Shown piece after piece: positions 31,269-40,655 of a DNA stretch of 64,000 nucleotides. Both the position numbers and the translations under genes were made by a program. Source of the DNA: Microcoleus sp. (GTDB lineage: Bacteria > Cyanobacteriota > Cyanobacteriia > Cyanobacteriales > Microcoleaceae). The stretch spans positions 2,080,001-2,144,000 of the forward strand of contig CP181291.1 of NCBI GenBank assembly GCA_052279835.1, written 5' to 3'. The stretch's first letter is position 1. Each line of letters begins with the position of its first letter. The notes under the pieces are model-generated. The model saw only the letters and a list, made by a program, of their open reading frames with translations. It made no database searches and was not told the DNA's origin.

Positions 31269-33137
31269 GTGATCAAGTCAAAACGCGATCGCGGTCGAAT
31301 TCTCACCGCCCCAGGCTTAAAGAAGCTGAATGAGGCGATCCAAGAATGGTCAGACCGATATAACATTAGAGGTACTCTCACCGAAGTCGAGGCTGAGTCT
31401 GGCGTTGGTTCCGATACAGTCAGCAAAATTCGGCAGGGTAGAGAAGGTGCAGACGAGAGTAAAATTCGGCAATTGTTTGCTGCTTTTGATTTGACCTTAG
31501 CCCATGGCGACCATCGATCGGCTAAACTAGACGATGGGGAAGATGCCGATGGGCCGAGGAATTTGCCACCGACTGAAGAAACAGTCCCTAACAGCCGAAG
31601 TGTTAAGATTTTTATCAGCTATCATAGCGTTGAGCCCGATCGCGAATTAGGAAAACAGTTGGAAATAGCCTTAAGTGCGATCGGGCATACAGTCTTTACC
31701 ATCGAAAACAGCATTAAATTAGGAGATAATTGGTTCGAGCGCATTAACTACTTCCTCAAAGAATGCGATTATTTACTATTGCTATTGCCACCAACTGTCA
31801 ACCAAAGCGAACTGCTAACTTATCAAGTTCAGCAAGCCAAAGAATTGCAAGATTCTCGCCCTGACAAAAAGCCAGTAATTTTGCCCATTCGCGTCGGTTT
31901 TCCCCTGAGCGAGCCTCTCAATCACGACTTGCGAGGCTATCTTTACCGCATCAAACAAAGGGAATGGCAAACAACCGCAGATACTCCTATTCTGATCGAA
32001 GAAATTATGAGTTTGCTGGCAGAAAATGCCCCACCTATCAAAGATGAACCAGCAAATTTAATCCCCAATCAAGTATTAGAAACTACTAGCCATAACATTC
32101 CTTTGCCCACAGCAGAACCGGAATTGCCAGGAGGACAAGTCGATGTCGCTTCTCAATTTTATGTAGAACGCCCTCCCATTGAAGAAAGGTGTTATCAAAC
32201 TATTTTGCAGCCCAGCGCCTTAATTAGAATAAAAGCTCCCCGACAGATGGGGAAAACTTCTTTAATGGCAAAAATTTTGCACCGCGCATCCTGTCAAGAT
32301 TATCGCACTGTACCGCTGACTTTTCAGTTAGTTGATAAAACTGTATTTGCCAATCTTGATAAATTTCTCAAGTGGTTTTGTGCCTATGTAGGGCGAGAGT
32401 TACACATACCCAATCAACTAGATGATTATTGGGATGAAATTTTTGGGAGCAAAGTTAACTGCAAAGATTACTTTGAAAAATATCTGTTGCCACAAATAGA
32501 CACTCCTTTGGTATTAGGATTAGACGAGATCGATCGCGTTTTTCAATATCCCGACATTGCCGAAGATTTTTTAGGACTGCTGCGGGCTTGGCACGAAGAA
32601 TCCAAGCGGCGCGACATCTGGAAAAAACTGCGCTTAATTGTAGTTCACTCCACCGAAGTTTACATTCCGATGAATATCAATCAATCGCCTTTCAACGTCG
32701 GACTGCCCGTAGATTTGCCAGAATTCAACGCTGGGCAAATCCAAGATTTAGCAGCGCGCCACAACTTGAATTGGTCTGAGGCCGAAGTAGAGAAATTAAT
32801 GGCAATTGTCGGCGGTCATCCTTATCTAGTGCGAGTTGCATTATATCACATTTCGCGCTCGGATTTGATGCTTGATGAATTAAAAGAAAGTGCGATCGCA
32901 GATGCGGGAATTTATAGCGACCATTTGCGCCGCCAATTGTGGAATTTAGAAGAATATCCAGAGTTAGCGCAGGGGATGAGAGAGATTGCTGCGGCGGATT
33001 CTCCGGTGCAATTAAAGGCGATGCAGGCGTTTAAATTGGATAGTTTGGGGTTGGTGAAATTACACGGGAATGAGTGCGTGCCCAGGTGCGAACTGTATCG
33101 GCAATATTTTCGATCGCACTTAAGCGCGATCGGGTAA
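31269..33137 (+). CDS. HTH + TIR + AAA_35 (STAND-like) NTPase
   Basis: N-terminal HTH-like (TLTEVEAESGVGSDTVSKI); TIR KIFISY...SIKLGDNW; Walker A KAPRQMGKTS; Walker B LGLDEID; GGHPYL. Confidence 0.85.
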   Translation: MIKSKRDRGRILTAPGLKKLNEAIQEWSDRYNIRGTLTEVEAESGVGSDTVSKIRQGREGADESKIRQLFAAFDLTLAHGDHRSAKLDDGEDADGPRNLPPTEETVPNSRSVKIFISYHSVEPDRELGKQLEIALSAIGHTVFTIENSIKLGDNWFERINYFLKECDYLLLLLPPTVNQSELLTYQVQQAKELQDSRPDKKPVILPIRVGFPLSEPLNHDLRGYLYRIKQREWQTTADTPILIEEIMSLLAENAPPIKDEPANLIPNQVLETTSHNIPLPTAEPELPGGQVDVASQFYVERPPIEERCYQTILQPSALIRIKAPRQMGKTSLMAKILHRASCQDYRTVPLTFQLVDKTVFANLDKFLKWFCAYVGRELHIPNQLDDYWDEIFGSKVNCKDYFEKYLLPQIDTPLVLGLDEIDRVFQYPDIAEDFLGLLRAWHEESKRRDIWKKLRLIVVHSTEVYIPMNINQSPFNVGLPVDLPEFNAGQIQDLAARHNLNWSEAEVEKLMAIVGGHPYLVRVALYHISRSDLMLDELKESAIADAGIYSDHLRRQLWNLEEYPELAQGMREIAAADSPVQLKAMQAFKLDSLGLVKLHGNECVPRCELYRQYFRSHLSAIG

Positions 33138-33170
33138 GATTAAATGTGGGTTAAAAATCTGCGCTCGAAA

Positions 33171-33225
33171 TCGGCGGTTGAAACCGCTCCTTGTCAAACA
33201 AAGTCCGCCTACGCGGACTAAAGAA
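33171..33225 (+). repeat. REP-like double-hairpin element (left copy)
   Basis: TCGGCGGTTGAAACCGC...CAAACAAAGTCCGCCTACGCGGACTAAAGAA; inverted copy at 34970-35024. Confidence 0.8.
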
Positions 33226-33399
33226 TCAGGTGAATGATACCCATGAACGATATTTTTTTAATAACTTCCGATAATTGGCTAGATTGGATAACCGTATTTG
33301 GTTATCTAGGTTTTACAGCTTTCATAATCTGGCGGATTTTGGTTGCCAAGTAGATAGATATATATGATAAAATAAGAAACTACTCAACTCCCGCAGACT

Positions 33400-34002
33400 A
33401 TGATGTCGCCTGTTGAAAGTGTCGCAGCAATTCCCAACGATCTGATTTTGCGCTTGAGCATCCAGCAGTATCATGCGATGATTCAAGCTGGCATTCTCAC
33501 GGATGATGACTCTGTAGAATTGCTCGAAGGTTGGCTGGTTTTCAAAATGCCCAAAAATCCACCGCATCGAGTTACAACTCGTCTTGTCAGAACAGCTTTA
33601 GAGAATATTTTACCTCCTGGTTGGTATGTCGATTCCCAAGAACCGATAACGCTATTCAACAGCGAACCCGAACCCGATATAGTAGTTGTTAGAGGGGATA
33701 CACGACAATATCTCGATCGCCATCCTGGTGCTGAAGATATTGCTCTGATTATAGAAGTATCTGATACAACGCTTCAGCGCGACCGAACAATCAAAAAACG
33801 GATTTATGCCCGCGCTGGAATTGCCATTTATTGGATTGTGAATCTTGTGGAAGAGCAGGTGGAAGTTTACTCTCAACCGAGTGCGGAAGTTGAGCCACCA
33901 TATTACAGTCAAAGGTTGGATTTTGGGCGATCGGCTGTTGTACCGATTATGATTGCAGGAATAGAAATAGGGGCGATCGCTGTCAATTCTCTTTTGCCTT
34001 AA
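33400..34002 (+). CDS. Uma2 family endonuclease
   Basis: VELLEGWL, SEPEPDIVV, LIIEVSDTT, YARAGIAIYWIVNL. Confidence 0.92.
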   Translation: MMSPVESVAAIPNDLILRLSIQQYHAMIQAGILTDDDSVELLEGWLVFKMPKNPPHRVTTRLVRTALENILPPGWYVDSQEPITLFNSEPEPDIVVVRGDTRQYLDRHPGAEDIALIIEVSDTTLQRDRTIKKRIYARAGIAIYWIVNLVEEQVEVYSQPSAEVEPPYYSQRLDFGRSAVVPIMIAGIEIGAIAVNSLLP

Positions 34003-34012
34003 GATAAATAAT

Positions 34013-34194
34013 AAGATGGCTATATAAAACTACCTTCTTCTTATTCTTTCTTTCCATCTTCGCGTCCTTCGCGCCTTCGCGGTTCGTTTAACTTAAGATA
34101 GCTATATAAAACTACCTTCTTCTTATTCTTTCTTTCCATCTTCGCGTCCCTACCCTAGGGGAACGGCTTCGCCGAAGGCGCCTTCGCGGTTCGT
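34013..34194. repeat. Tandem ~81-bp duplication; second copy has a ~28-bp nested insert
   Basis: TAAGAT.GCTATATAAAACTACCTTCTTCTTATTCTTTCTTTCCATCTTCGCGTCC occurs twice; insert CTACCCTAGGGGAACGGCTTCGCCGAAG. Confidence 0.85.
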
Positions 34195-34927
34195 TCAGTT
34201 TTCGTAAAATCGGAATTTGTTCTAACTGTTCCGATCGCAAACTATCCCAGTTTAACCCGGTTGGGCGCGGATAACTTGTATTAGTTTCAATTACTTCCTG
34301 GGCAGTCACAATCCAATTCAACGCCCAATCGTGAGCCTGCATTGGCAAAAGCGAATCTGCAACTACTTGCAAAGGATGCACAGTTGTCACAATCGGCGTA
34401 TCGATTTCTACTAACCCGAATTCCTGCAACATCGCTAATTCCAAATCAGCAAATCCTGCTCCTTTCCCGGTTCTTCCACCGCCCGGCCCCGCCGCTACGC
34501 AGCCGACTATTACTAAATCAATCGGCTCCATTTCTGCAAAACTTACCAATCTGCCGCAAGTTAGGGCTTTGCGGGCGATCGCACTTTCGGCAATAGATAC
34601 ATTTTGCCTTTGCAAATCCTCAGCAGTCAACTCAACAAAACAGCGATCGTCTGTCAAGCGCGGTACTGCCATATACAGCCGTTTTCCATCTTGTAAAGCC
34701 CGCATCCGCACCGGAATTTGCGCCGAATCGGGATTGCACTTAATCGTTTTTGCCTGTTGCCAAATCGATAAACTTGCCAACTTTGCCGCCGCCAATTCGG
34801 CCCCAACAAAGTTGGGAATATGACCAAACGGATCGCCAACAGATGCGGCTTGCTGCTTCAGCAAAGACCAAATTTCATTTCTTAAATTGTCTTTGTCGTG
34901 GTGATATCCAGTCCAATCAGTTTTCAT
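34112..34927 (-). CDS. 5-formyltetrahydrofolate cyclo-ligase-like protein (MTHFSD type)
   Basis: GHIPNFVGA, KCNPDSAQ, GGRTGKGAGFADLE, TTVHPLQ. Confidence 0.85.
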   Translation of the reverse strand: MKTDWTGYHHDKDNLRNEIWSLLKQQAASVGDPFGHIPNFVGAELAAAKLASLSIWQQAKTIKCNPDSAQIPVRMRALQDGKRLYMAVPRLTDDRCFVELTAEDLQRQNVSIAESAIARKALTCGRLVSFAEMEPIDLVIVGCVAAGPGGGRTGKGAGFADLELAMLQEFGLVEIDTPIVTTVHPLQVVADSLLPMQAHDWALNWIVTAQEVIETNTSYPRPTGLNWDSLRSEQLEQIPILRKLNEPRRRLRRSRSPRVGTRRWKERIRRR

Positions 34928-34969
34928 GCTGTATTATGGTACAATATATCATACAAAATTCTACTTTAA

Positions 34970-35024
34970 TTCTTCAGTCCGCGCAGGCGGACTTCGTTTG
35001 TATAGTCGCGGTTTCAACCGCCGA
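34970..35024 (-). repeat. REP-like double-hairpin element (right, inverted copy)
   Basis: Reverse complement TCGGCGGTTGAAACCGCGACTATACAAACGAAGTCCGCCTGCGCGGACTGAAGAA. Confidence 0.8.
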
Positions 35025-35032
35025 ACTAATTT

Positions 35033-37810
35033 ATGAATTTTACCACCAAACCCAGTTACTATCAAGTAGGCGGGAGTCTCACAAATAACGCTCCTAATTA
35101 TGTGAAACGGCACGCAGACGACGACTTCTATAACGGATTGAAAGCCGGGGAATTTTGTTATGTTTTAAATTCTCGGCAAATGGGCAAATCTAGCTTGCAG
35201 GTGCGGACAATTCAACGGCTCAGAAGTGACGGAATTGCTTGTGCGGCGATCGACATTTCGGAAATTGGCAACCGTGGCGTGACTCCCGAACAGTGGTATG
35301 CTGGTCTTCTCCGCATTCTCGAAAATAATTTTAATCTGTCAGATGTTGTCAACGTGCGGACTTGGTGGCGCGATCGCAATTTTTTAGCCCCAGTTCAAAG
35401 ATTGAGCGAATTCATAGAAACTGTACTGTTAGCTAATATTGCCAGTAACATTGTCATTTTTATTGATGAAATCGACAGCATTCTCGCCCTAGATTTTTCC
35501 GCCGACGATTTTTTAGCGTTAATTCGCTCGTGCTACAATAAACGGGCAAATAATTCAGAATTCGATCGCCTAACTTGGGCGCTTTTAGGAGTAGCATCAC
35601 CGACGGATTTGTGCCGCGACAAGAATGTCAGCAATAACACCCCATTTAATATTGGCAAGGCCATCGAATTAACTGGTTTTGACGAAACAGAAGCGCAACC
35701 GTTAGCAGCGGGGTTGGCTGAGATTACAGATAGTTCTCAAGAAGTTTTGCGAGAGGTTTTGTATTGGACGGGAGGGCAACCTTTTTTGACTCAAAAGCTT
35801 TGTAAACTTCTCTTTGAAAATTCACATTTAATCGGGGATTTACCCCCCCCAGCCCCCCCTTATCAAGGGGGGGAGAAAGAGCAAGTCAATAATTTTATCC
35901 AGGGGCAAAAACAGCAACTCAATAATCCTAAAGAGTGGGTGGAGAAAGTGGTGCGTTTAAAAATTGTGGATAATTGGGAATCTCAAGATGTGCCGGAACA
36001 TTTATCTACAATTCGCGATCGCCTGTTTAAAGAAAATCAACGCATTGTCAGGAGACTCGGATTATATCAGCACATTTTACTGCAAGTTGAAGTTATCCCT
36101 GATGGCAGTGCGGAACAAATGGAATTGCGATTGACTGGATTAATAGTTAAAACTGGGAATAAACTAAGACTAGCTAATCCTATTTATGAAGCTATCTTTA
36201 ACAACACTATTGTTCAACAAAAATTAGATGAATTGGCTCCTTACTCCTCGGCTATTAAAGCATGGTTTAATTCTCACTGTCAAGACAATTCACAACTTTT
36301 GCAGGGGAAAGATTTACAATCATCGTTGATTTGGGCCGCCGAAAAAAGCTTAAGAAATGAAGACTTTCAGTTTTTAACAGCCAGCCAAAAACTGATGTTT
36401 ACCGCTCAAAATCAGCTTTTAGAATCTACTAAGCTAGAAATTACACAAGCTGTCAATGATGCCCAAAAAGCCCAGTTAGAAACACAAGCATCTAAACAAA
36501 AAGCTAAACAGTGGATCGGTCTTGGTTCGGCGGCGCTTGCTCTATCTTTGGCGGGGGCGATCGGTTTTTCAACTCTCGCTTACCAGCGGTTCAAACTAGC
36601 ACAAGCTAGTATCGAAATTGAACAAACTGGTAGTGATGCTTTACTTTTAGCTGTGTCTCAGAAGACTGAAAATAGTCAAGCTTTGTCTGAGGCTTTACTG
36701 CGGGCGATCGCATCGGGAAAAGCATTGAAAAATTTGATAAAAAACCAACCTCATTTAGAACTATATCCTGCCACTAGACCGCTGTTAGCTTTACAAGTGA
36801 TTCTCGATAAACTTAGTAGTAACAAACAGCAGCTTCAACAATCATCTCTGCCACTCAGAAAGATGAATTGGAAAGCTCACAAGGGTGCTATTACCAGTGT
36901 GGCTTTTTCCCCAGATCGCCAAATTATAGCTACCGCAGGAGTAGACGATAGCGTGCGGATTTGGAGCTTATCCGGGCAAAAAATTTCTGAATGGAAAGCT
37001 TTACAAAAGTCGATAAATGTGTTAAGCTTTAGTCCCGACGGCAAAACTTTAGCAACTGCTGGTAAAGATAGCACAGTTAAGTTATGGGATTTATCGGGGA
37101 AAAAAATCTACAAATTTCAAGCCATGTCAGGCTCGGTTACTAGCATTAGTTTTAGCCCGGATAGCAAGTTTTTAGCTGCGGCTGGAATAGAAAGTAATGC
37201 TGCTATTTGGCAGATTTCTCCCATTCCAAAAACTAGATTGTTGCCAGTTTTTTTGCCTGGTCATAACGGCTTAGTTAGAAGCGTTAACTTTAGTCAAAAC
37301 GGGGATTTTTTAACTACTTTAGATGGCAAATCTACGGTGCGTATTTGGAATTCATCTGGTAAGTTAATCCAAAAAATACCCGTTCAGGCGATCGGCATTA
37401 GTTTCAGTCTCAACCAACAGCAGCAGCGCTTTGCTACAGTAACATTGAATGGGAAAATAGGGCTGTGGAATTTGTCAAACCAAGAATTAGTGAAGGAATT
37501 TCAAACTTTGCATTTAGATGCAAAATCTATTAGTTTTAGCCCCGATGGAGAACGGCTTGCTACCGTGGGAATTGATAAGACAGTGCGGTTGTGGAATTTA
37601 GCAGGGCGGCAAGTTGCTCAATTTGAGTTTGCAGAGAATGTTGTTAGTGTCAGTTGGAGTCGAGATGGAAAGCAAATTGCTGTGGCTGGAAGTAATGGTA
37701 CTGTCTGGTTGAGGAAAGTTGAAAGTTTAAAAGAATTACTGAAGGAAAGTTGCAATTTTTTCACCAATCAACCGGAGTATTTGACAAGAGTTTCCAGTCT
37801 TTGTCAGTAA
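35033..37810 (+). CDS. AAA_35 (STAND-like) NTPase + coiled coil + TM + WD40 repeats
   Basis: YQVGGSL, LNSRQMGKSS, IFIDEID, WTGGQPFLTQKLC; TM WIGLGSAALALSLAGAIGF; about 7 WD40 repeats (SVAFSPD, TVKLWD). Confidence 0.9.
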   Translation: MNFTTKPSYYQVGGSLTNNAPNYVKRHADDDFYNGLKAGEFCYVLNSRQMGKSSLQVRTIQRLRSDGIACAAIDISEIGNRGVTPEQWYAGLLRILENNFNLSDVVNVRTWWRDRNFLAPVQRLSEFIETVLLANIASNIVIFIDEIDSILALDFSADDFLALIRSCYNKRANNSEFDRLTWALLGVASPTDLCRDKNVSNNTPFNIGKAIELTGFDETEAQPLAAGLAEITDSSQEVLREVLYWTGGQPFLTQKLCKLLFENSHLIGDLPPPAPPYQGGEKEQVNNFIQGQKQQLNNPKEWVEKVVRLKIVDNWESQDVPEHLSTIRDRLFKENQRIVRRLGLYQHILLQVEVIPDGSAEQMELRLTGLIVKTGNKLRLANPIYEAIFNNTIVQQKLDELAPYSSAIKAWFNSHCQDNSQLLQGKDLQSSLIWAAEKSLRNEDFQFLTASQKLMFTAQNQLLESTKLEITQAVNDAQKAQLETQASKQKAKQWIGLGSAALALSLAGAIGFSTLAYQRFKLAQASIEIEQTGSDALLLAVSQKTENSQALSEALLRAIASGKALKNLIKNQPHLELYPATRPLLALQVILDKLSSNKQQLQQSSLPLRKMNWKAHKGAITSVAFSPDRQIIATAGVDDSVRIWSLSGQKISEWKALQKSINVLSFSPDGKTLATAGKDSTVKLWDLSGKKIYKFQAMSGSVTSISFSPDSKFLAAAGIESNAAIWQISPIPKTRLLPVFLPGHNGLVRSVNFSQNGDFLTTLDGKSTVRIWNSSGKLIQKIPVQAIGISFSLNQQQQRFATVTLNGKIGLWNLSNQELVKEFQTLHLDAKSISFSPDGERLATVGIDKTVRLWNLAGRQVAQFEFAENVVSVSWSRDGKQIAVAGSNGTVWLRKVESLKELLKESCNFFTNQPEYLTRVSSLCQ

Positions 37811-37817
37811 CTGATTA

Positions 37818-38279
37818 TCAATTTACCTTAACAGGTGGAATACTTAAATTAGGATTTTTGATTCTTCTTAATAGTTCTTGTCTCGCTTGTTCAGGATTTT
37901 GCCCTCTCGGTATCTGATATAATAACCTACAGGAACCGTCTTGAGGATTGGCTGCACAAATAATCGGTTGACCTGTACGGGATGCACCTGCTGTGACAAT
38001 ATTGTCCCAGTTTCCCTGGGATTGGGCATTGTTGAGAATTGCTGAAACTCGCGTACACCGAGTAATCGCATCTTCGCCGGATTCATTGAAATAGTTGTCT
38101 GTAACCCACAAAATAACCGGAATATTTTTGCCTTGTTGGTCAGCAATTGTAGCTGGATGGCTACCAGCAGCCCCGCAGAAGAATGAATATGTTTGAGCGA
38201 AAGCGGGAAGGTTTGTGAGAATCGGGGCGATCGCTATTATTGACGCGCTAAAAACTGACTTTAAGAGCCAAAATTTCAT
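37818..38279 (-). CDS. COP23-like secreted protein
   Basis: Signal peptide ending AFA; FFCG...PAT...IPVILW...RC.RVS...QPIICA pattern. Confidence 0.75.
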   Translation of the reverse strand: MKFWLLKSVFSASIIAIAPILTNLPAFAQTYSFFCGAAGSHPATIADQQGKNIPVILWVTDNYFNESGEDAITRCTRVSAILNNAQSQGNWDNIVTAGASRTGQPIICAANPQDGSCRLLYQIPRGQNPEQARQELLRRIKNPNLSIPPVKVN

Positions 38280-38622
38280 GGGAATTAATCAGGCTGGCGA
38301 TCGAAGGTTATTCATAGTCTAAAAAATTAAACTGATGCTTGCCGGGAAGATTAGGGATTTAGGGAAAAAAATCAAAATATGGGCAAACTTTTTCCCCATC
38401 CCTGCTACTGGACTCATCAGGTATAAAATCTCGACCGAAATCCTCGCCCACATACTCTCCGGGCCAGAAAATAATTCGCCCCCACAAGCATCTGCTGGAC
38501 TCTAGAGGCTAAACCTGCTATTTTTTCACTTTTGTGTTGAGACTCAATCATTGCTGGCGTCACCCCCCTAAATGAGAACCTGTGTTACCATCGGTGAAAA
38601 TATTCTCGCTTAATAATCAACA

Positions 38623-39120
38623 ATGGGCAATGTTCTGGTGCTGAACGTCTCCTACGAACCCCTTAACATCACCAATTGGCGAAGGGCAGTAGTTTTGTTG
38701 CTGAAAGGAAAAGCTGAGCAGGTAGAACACAACGGGAAATTTATTGCGCCTAATTTCCCGCTACCCACAGTGATTCGACTGCGGCATTATGTCCGAGTTC
38801 CCTACAAGGATATTCCACTCACCCGCCGGAATATCTTGCACCGGGATGCCCACTCTTGTCAATACTGTAGTTACACTGGGGATGATTTAACCCTCGATCA
38901 TGTGATTCCTCGATCGCGCGGAGGAGGTGAATCTTGGGAAAACCTCGTCACCGCCTGTATGCGCTGCAACGTCAAAAAAGGCAGCCGAACCCCGAAAGAA
39001 GCCGGAATGCTCTTGCGATATCCGCCTCGGAAACCTTACAGCGGTCTTTATTTTGAAGTGACTAAACACGTTAAGAGCGGTATGCACCAAGAATGGCAAA
39101 AATATGTAATCGGTCTTTAA
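38623..39120 (+). CDS. HNH endonuclease
   Basis: VLVLNVSYEPL, RDAHSCQYC, TLDHVIPRSRGG, ACMRCNVKKG. Confidence 0.93.
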   Translation: MGNVLVLNVSYEPLNITNWRRAVVLLLKGKAEQVEHNGKFIAPNFPLPTVIRLRHYVRVPYKDIPLTRRNILHRDAHSCQYCSYTGDDLTLDHVIPRSRGGGESWENLVTACMRCNVKKGSRTPKEAGMLLRYPPRKPYSGLYFEVTKHVKSGMHQEWQKYVIGL

Positions 39121-39153
39121 AGCCCCTGTCAGCGCAAGCGCGGGGGTTTTTTT
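39119..39153 (+). terminator. probable intrinsic terminator
   Basis: GC-rich stem AGCCCC...GGGGG followed by a T-run after the HNH stop. Confidence 0.5.
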
Positions 39154-39210
39154 GTAGGATTGTTGAGTGTTGAGTTTTCAGTTCAAGAGTTCAAAAGTTC
39201 AAAAATTTTT

Positions 39211-40482
39211 ATGAAAGACCCCCCTAACTCTTCTGGTACAACCTCGGTAAACAACCAGGTTCAACTAGAATCTAACGATGAAGTTGTAGTATCAAATGTT
39301 GCTGGTAAACGGCGCAGCAAACCTGAACTTCCAGTCGAAGAGAGTCGCCCCAGGAGATTTTCAGACCCTTCGGCCGATCGCCAAGTAGAACTGTTGCGCC
39401 AAATGTTGGAGCGACACCGCGGCCAGCGCCAGTTAATCTTACTGCAAGATTTCCCAGACCCCGACGCACTTTCGAGTGCTTGGACTTACAAATTAATAGC
39501 CGAACAGTACGACATTAACTGCGATCTGATCTATGCAGGAGCCCTGAGTCACCAAGAAAATATTGCTTTAGTTAAATTGACTGGTTTACCCTTGCAAAGG
39601 TGGACGGTGGAAACTGCAAAAACTAAGGATTTATCTGCCTATAAGGGCTGTGTTTTTATCGATAATCAAGGAACTACTTGTCAGTTAACCGATCTGGTTT
39701 TAGGGGCAGGAATTCCGATCGCAGCAGTTATAGACCACCACAGTTTGCAAGGGGAAATGAATGCAGAATTTGCGGATTTGCGCCCCCAAATCCGCGCTAC
39801 AGCCACGATTTTTACCGAATATTTGCAAGCGGGACTCCTAAATCTTGACGGTAGTATCAGCCAGCATATTAAGTGTGCTACGGCTTTGATGCACGGTTTG
39901 CGATCGGATACCAACGCCCTCCGACAAGCTGAGGAGGAAGATTTCTTAGCTGCGGCTTATTTGAGTAGGTTTTATGACCCCCAGTTGCTGAATGCGGTGT
40001 TGCAGTCCTCTCGCTCTAAATGGGTGATGGATGCGATCGAGCGATCGCTCAAACACCGCATTGTCCAAAACAATTTTTCCATCGCAGGTATCGGCTATCT
40101 CCGCTATGACGATCGAGATTCCATTCCCCAAGCAGCGGACTTTTTAGTCACAGAGGAGAACGTACACACAGCCGTTGTCTATGCAATTGTTCACGACAAA
40201 GACGAGGAAATTGAAGTAGTAATTGGCTCCCTGCGAACCACTAAACTGACTCTCGATCCTGATGAATTTATTAAAGAAGCTTTTGGTCAAGATTCTCAAG
40301 GACGCTTTTTTGGTGGAGGCAGAAGTCAAGCTGGAGGTTTTGAAATTCCCGTAGGATTTCTTTCTGGTGGTAATGACAATAGCGATTATGCAAGACTGAA
40401 ATGGGAAGTATTTGATGCTCAGATTAAGCAAAAATTACTGAAATTAATTAGTCCTACAGACAATCCTGTTTATCATAATTAA
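39211..40482 (+). CDS. DHH family phosphoesterase (NrnA-like)
   Basis: QDFPDPDALS, IDHH, SDT and FFGGGR motifs. Confidence 0.88.
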   Translation: MKDPPNSSGTTSVNNQVQLESNDEVVVSNVAGKRRSKPELPVEESRPRRFSDPSADRQVELLRQMLERHRGQRQLILLQDFPDPDALSSAWTYKLIAEQYDINCDLIYAGALSHQENIALVKLTGLPLQRWTVETAKTKDLSAYKGCVFIDNQGTTCQLTDLVLGAGIPIAAVIDHHSLQGEMNAEFADLRPQIRATATIFTEYLQAGLLNLDGSISQHIKCATALMHGLRSDTNALRQAEEEDFLAAAYLSRFYDPQLLNAVLQSSRSKWVMDAIERSLKHRIVQNNFSIAGIGYLRYDDRDSIPQAADFLVTEENVHTAVVYAIVHDKDEEIEVVIGSLRTTKLTLDPDEFIKEAFGQDSQGRFFGGGRSQAGGFEIPVGFLSGGNDNSDYARLKWEVFDAQIKQKLLKLISPTDNPVYHN

Positions 40483-40655
40483 AGCCACTAATCAATCTCG
40501 TCGATCGCCGATCAAGCATGATGATGATGCCAAACCACAGGGGCGCGATCGGATGCAGCTTGCGGTGAACCAATGGACTGGTAAAATAGGCAACAAAGAC
40601 CGATCGCACCCCATCTGAAAAAAGTGCGATCGGACACCTCAACCAAGAAAAGCCA

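Noticed and set aside
38623..40482. HNH + DHH as a defence system
   Set aside because: Both look like widely conserved cyanobacterial genes beside sixA-gltA; no other defence hallmark.
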